A stretch of DNA of 64,000 nucleotides from Patescibacteria group bacterium (lineage in GTDB: Bacteria; Patescibacteriota; JAHJAL01), in assembly GCA_041648895.1 (NCBI GenBank), contig JBAZOB010000002.1, forward strand, positions 826 through 64,825, written 5' to 3'. The notes under the pieces were generated by a model. That model was not told the DNA's origin. It searched no databases and saw nothing but the letters and a program-made list of their open reading frames with translations. How positions within the stretch are numbered: the stretch's first letter is position 1; the number at the start of each line of letters is the position of its first letter. Shown here one piece after another: positions 60,890 to 64,000 of the stretch. The translations under genes and the position numbers were made by a program.

Positions 60890-61267
60890 ATGGCCAAAAT
60901 TAGAGGTGTCTACAAATGTAACGTTTGCGGTAACGTGGTCGAAGTTTTGCACTCCGGCGGAGGTACTCTGGTTTGTTGCGGGGAAGATATGCATTTATTT
61001 ACGGCTAAAAATATGGACGAAGGGGTCGAGAAACATCTGCCCGTGGTGGAAAAAGATGATCAATTCATTCATGTCCGAGTTGGGGAAGTGCTCCATCCCA
61101 TGGAAGATACGCATTATATCGAGTGGATTGAAATCATGGCCGATGGACAATCTTACCAACAATTTCTTAACCCCGGCGATAAACCCGAAGCCACCTTTTG
61201 TCTATCCGCTCCAACCTATTTAATCCGCGCCTATTGCAATGTTCATGGGCTGTGGGAGAAAGAATAA
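60890..61267 (+). CDS. dfx: Desulfoferrodoxin (2Fe superoxide reductase)
   Basis: N-terminal desulforedoxin-like 'YKCNVCGNVVEV...LVCCGEDM' and C-terminal SOR centre II 'HYIEWIEI...YCNVHGLWE'. Length is 125 aa. Confidence 0.85.
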   Translation: MAKIRGVYKCNVCGNVVEVLHSGGGTLVCCGEDMHLFTAKNMDEGVEKHLPVVEKDDQFIHVRVGEVLHPMEDTHYIEWIEIMADGQSYQQFLNPGDKPEATFCLSAPTYLIRAYCNVHGLWEKE

Positions 61268-61273
61268 GCATTC

Positions 61274-61990
61274 ATGATCAATCAAAAAATTAAAATTATT
61301 AATCCCATCTTACGACTATTATTGTTAATAATAATTATTTTCCCTATCTACTATTATCACGAATTTTACGAACATTTCTATGTCTATCTGACCGGCAATG
61401 TCATCTCACGCGTTATTACCCAAGAATGGCATGTGGTGCTAATTAGTATAGTATTATTTTGCGCCTTTTTGATTCCCTTGTCTTACCGCCGCCGCGCTCC
61501 CTGGATGGAATATGGCCTGGTGGGCGCTTTTTTTGTATCCTTGTTTATCGAAATGTACGGCATCCCGTTAACCATACTTTTTGCCGCCAAATATTTCTTG
61601 GCCAGCGACGTGATACTCCCAGATAATGTGGTTGGCTTTCATCTATTCGGAGTTGGCTTCGGCATGGATCTGCCCATGGCCTACGCCGCCGTCATCATGG
61701 CCATTGGCATGATTTTAATCATCTGGGGTTGGGTCACTCTCTATTTCAATATCAAAAAAGATCAGCCGGTTACTGTGGGCATTTATCAGTATTCCCGCCA
61801 CCCGCAATATCTCGGTTTCATTTTAATCGTCCTTGGCTGGTTTATTGGCTGGCCCACCATTTTGACCATCATCTTCACGCCCATATTGATCTACAAATAT
61901 ATCACCGTCTGCCGTACCGAGGAAGCAGAACTATTGAAACAAAATCCCCAATATCAACAATATATCCATAGCACCCCGTTTTTTGTTTAA
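61274..61990 (+). CDS. Isoprenylcysteine carboxyl methyltransferase (ICMT)/phospholipid methyltransferase family membrane protein
   Basis: 'VGIYQYSRHPQYLGFILIVLGW' is the ICMT/PEMT signature (RHPxY...G). 5-6 TM helices. Confidence 0.7.
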   Translation: MINQKIKIINPILRLLLLIIIIFPIYYYHEFYEHFYVYLTGNVISRVITQEWHVVLISIVLFCAFLIPLSYRRRAPWMEYGLVGAFFVSLFIEMYGIPLTILFAAKYFLASDVILPDNVVGFHLFGVGFGMDLPMAYAAVIMAIGMILIIWGWVTLYFNIKKDQPVTVGIYQYSRHPQYLGFILIVLGWFIGWPTILTIIFTPILIYKYITVCRTEEAELLKQNPQYQQYIHSTPFFV

Positions 61991-62086
61991 TCAGCCAGGT
62001 ATTTATCAACGTTTTTTCTTATTCCTTAATCCAAATTTAACCTCCACTAATGTTATAATTAACATGGAAAAAAATATACTATATCC

Positions 62087-62680
62087 ATGAATAAAATCAC
62101 CGGACTGCTCGTCACGTTAGTAATCGCAATTATCGCTTTTTCCGTTGGCATTATTGCCATTGGTTTCTATCTTTCTCCCCAAGATCCACTTTCGCCCGCC
62201 GACGCCATTGTAGTAATTAGCGGGGGTGAGACTTTCACTCGCACTACCAGAGGAATTGACCTTTATTTAGATGGCTATGCGCCCCTGCTTATTTTTTCCG
62301 GCGATGCTCTTGATCCCGACAGTATCTCCAACGCCGAAGCCATGGAAAAAATCGCCCTTGAAGAATATGACATCCCCGCCGGTAATATTATTACCGAGAA
62401 AGCATCGACCAGTACCTACGAAAACGCTATCAATCTCCAGTCGGTCTTTACCAAGTTAGATATTAATTCAATTATTCTTGTTACCAGCCCCTATCATCAA
62501 CGCCGCTCCAAAATGACTTTTCAGCATGTCATGGGTCCTGATTTTACCATTATTAACCAGTCAGCTACCGATGAGTTCTGGCGTAAAATCGCCTGGTGGC
62601 AAAATGACCGCGCCGTTTACCTGACCCTTTCCGAACTGTGGAAAATTATTTATATTGATGTGACTGGAGAATATCAGTAA
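62087..62680 (+). CDS. DUF218 (YdcF/ElyC/SanA) family protein, N-terminally membrane anchored
   Basis: 'DAIVVISGGETFTRTTRGIDLYLDGYAPLLIFSGD' matches the DUF218 core. Length is 197 aa. Confidence 0.7.
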   Translation: MNKITGLLVTLVIAIIAFSVGIIAIGFYLSPQDPLSPADAIVVISGGETFTRTTRGIDLYLDGYAPLLIFSGDALDPDSISNAEAMEKIALEEYDIPAGNIITEKASTSTYENAINLQSVFTKLDINSIILVTSPYHQRRSKMTFQHVMGPDFTIINQSATDEFWRKIAWWQNDRAVYLTLSELWKIIYIDVTGEYQ

Positions 62681-63015
62681 CGAATTTTAAATTTTAAATT
62701 TTAAATTTTAAAATAATTTAAAATTTCTAAATGTCTAAATTTAAAAACAGCATAAAGACAGGAACGTTTTAGCCTATAAAATTTAATCATTTATAATTAT
62801 TTTAAAATTTAAAATTCATTAACTAACAAAAATGCCTAAAAAATCATCCAAAAAACAATCCAAGGATATTTTCATGCCCGCCGAGGCCAATCCGAGCTTT
62901 GAGCGGCAGAAAAAAAGTAAATTTATCGCTCGCACCAATCAGGAAAAAGGCAAAAAAATAAAAAATGCCCTCAAAAAATAGTGTAATATCATTAATAAAT
63001 ATTTATTAACTAAAT

Positions 63016-64000
63016 ATGAAAAAATTCATTTTTAAGCTCTATATAGCTGCTTTGATTATTTTTCCATTCTCCAATCTTTACTCAACTCATAGTCAAGAAA
63101 ATTCACCTGTCAGTGTCCGGGCGTCCAGCCAGGAAGATGATCTGTCACTATTGGCCGGCATAATGAGCGCCGACCAACCATCTTGGCTCTATACTTCTGA
63201 TTTAATCACGTCCGAGATTCCGGCCTGGATGATCGCCCTCAAAATATCTTTATATACTCCATCCGCGGTCGATTATCGACTCTCCTATCAATCTAGCGCC
63301 GACAATATCACCTGGTCCGCTTGGCACCCCCTCTATTTGTCAGAAAGAGAGGCCGATGATTTGGAATTATTCACTGATCCCTATGGCTTGGATCAGCAGT
63401 CAAGTTATTTTCATTATCAAATTCAAGTTGCTCCGGACAATCAAACTGCTCTGAGCAATATTAAAAATGTTAAATTGGTCGCTCTCGATCCCACCGATCC
63501 CGCGGCCCAGATTAATTCCCGCTTAGTTGCTCCCGCTGCCGCCCAAGAAGAATTTAATGTCATCACTCGCACCGAATGGGGCGCCGATGAGTCCATCATG
63601 TTCTGGGATGAAGATATGGAACATGAGGCGATTGATCAAATTGTTCTCCATCACACCGCCACCAATGATAATTCTCCTCTCGACCCGGAAGCCACTATCC
63701 GTGGTATCTATTATTACCATACTGTCGATCGGGGCTGGGGCGATATTGGCTACAACTATATTGTTGACCAGCATGGCAATATCTATGAGGGGCGCAAGGG
63801 TGGTTTGGGCAGCGTCGCGGCGCACGCTGAAGGTTTTAACTCCGGCAGTGTCGGCATTTCCGTTCTTGGTAACTATGAAGAAGTAGCTCCGGTTCAAGAT
63901 AGTCAGGGTGCAGTGGCCAATATTATTTCCTTCGTCAGTTATCAAACCAATCTTGATTTGGAAGGAACAGTCGAAATCAATGGAAAAACCTATCCTACCG
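63016..64000 (+). CDS. N-acetylmuramoyl-L-alanine amidase (Amidase_2/PGRP domain) with a signal peptide. 3'-partial: it runs off the window end.
   Basis: My own translation of frame 1 from the ATG at 63016 is open to the window end and is not in the ORF track. It contains 'ITRTEWGADE', 'IVLHHTATND' and 'GWGDIGYNYIVDQHGNIYEGR', which are amidase_2/PGRP signatures. The track ORFs 63527..63886(+) and 63523..63945(-) are out-of-frame shadows. Confidence 0.8.
   Translation, partial: MKKFIFKLYIAALIIFPFSNLYSTHSQENSPVSVRASSQEDDLSLLAGIMSADQPSWLYTSDLITSEIPAWMIALKISLYTPSAVDYRLSYQSSADNITWSAWHPLYLSEREADDLELFTDPYGLDQQSSYFHYQIQVAPDNQTALSNIKNVKLVALDPTDPAAQINSRLVAPAAAQEEFNVITRTEWGADESIMFWDEDMEHEAIDQIVLHHTATNDNSPLDPEATIRGIYYYHTVDRGWGDIGYNYIVDQHGNIYEGRKGGLGSVAAHAEGFNSGSVGISVLGNYEEVAPVQDSQGAVANIISFVSYQTNLDLEGTVEINGKTYPT

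Noticed and set aside
62833-62982. 49-aa Lys-rich small ORF (MPKKSSKKQSKDIF...) not in the ORF track
   Set aside because: No Shine-Dalgarno, very short, and in a low-complexity A-rich region. It could be real, but there is insufficient evidence to call it.
63523-63945. ORF-track entries 63527..63886(+) and 63523..63945(-)
   Set aside because: They overlap the frame-1 ORF from 63016, which encodes clear amidase_2/PGRP motifs. They are out-of-frame or antisense shadows.

Overview
This is an AT-rich (about 38-40% GC), gene-dense bacterial window with short intergenic regions. Small heptamer and palindromic repeats are abundant, all three tRNAs lack an encoded CCA, and an anaerobe-type superoxide reductase (dfx) is present. 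Together these suggest a small-genome anaerobe, possibly a Patescibacteria/CPR-like lineage, though the lineage is an inference. Most of the window is housekeeping: miaA-miaB, thrS (with a T-box-like leader), uvrA, hpf, serS, rsmA, metG, tatD, priA, a lysS fused to a C-terminal HD domain, greA, infC-rpmI-rplT, a complete F1Fo ATP synthase operon (atpZ-like, atpBEFHAGDC), a GldA/F/G-like ABC exporter set, pcrA, secG, an OppA-like binding protein, an ECF sigma with a putative anti-sigma partner, dfx, and tRNA-Val/Cys/Leu. The region most worth a second look is a 10-kb minus-strand block at 28.9-39.0 kb. It contains two copies of a small acidic ~110-aa protein gene, each immediately followed by a gene for an ~850-900-aa glycine-zipper membrane protein carrying Pro/Gly/Tyr-rich tandem peptide repeats. 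Two GT2-like glycosyltransferases and paralogous TPR modules, one with a fresh ~150-bp gene-conversion patch, lie between them. Other notable items are a pair of paralogous proteins with CxDP(R/N) and SHxxCGGY motifs, the first of which is translationally coupled to atpC. There is also a recently active MITE-like palindromic repeat family (TGTCATCC...GGATGACA), two copies of which bracket a GIY-YIG gene. Two ~170-bp perfect palindromes share an asymmetric core, and one overlaps the metG stop. An unexplained GC-rich ~180-nt noncoding block sits upstream of tRNA-Leu. No rRNA, CRISPR array or recognisable transposase was found.
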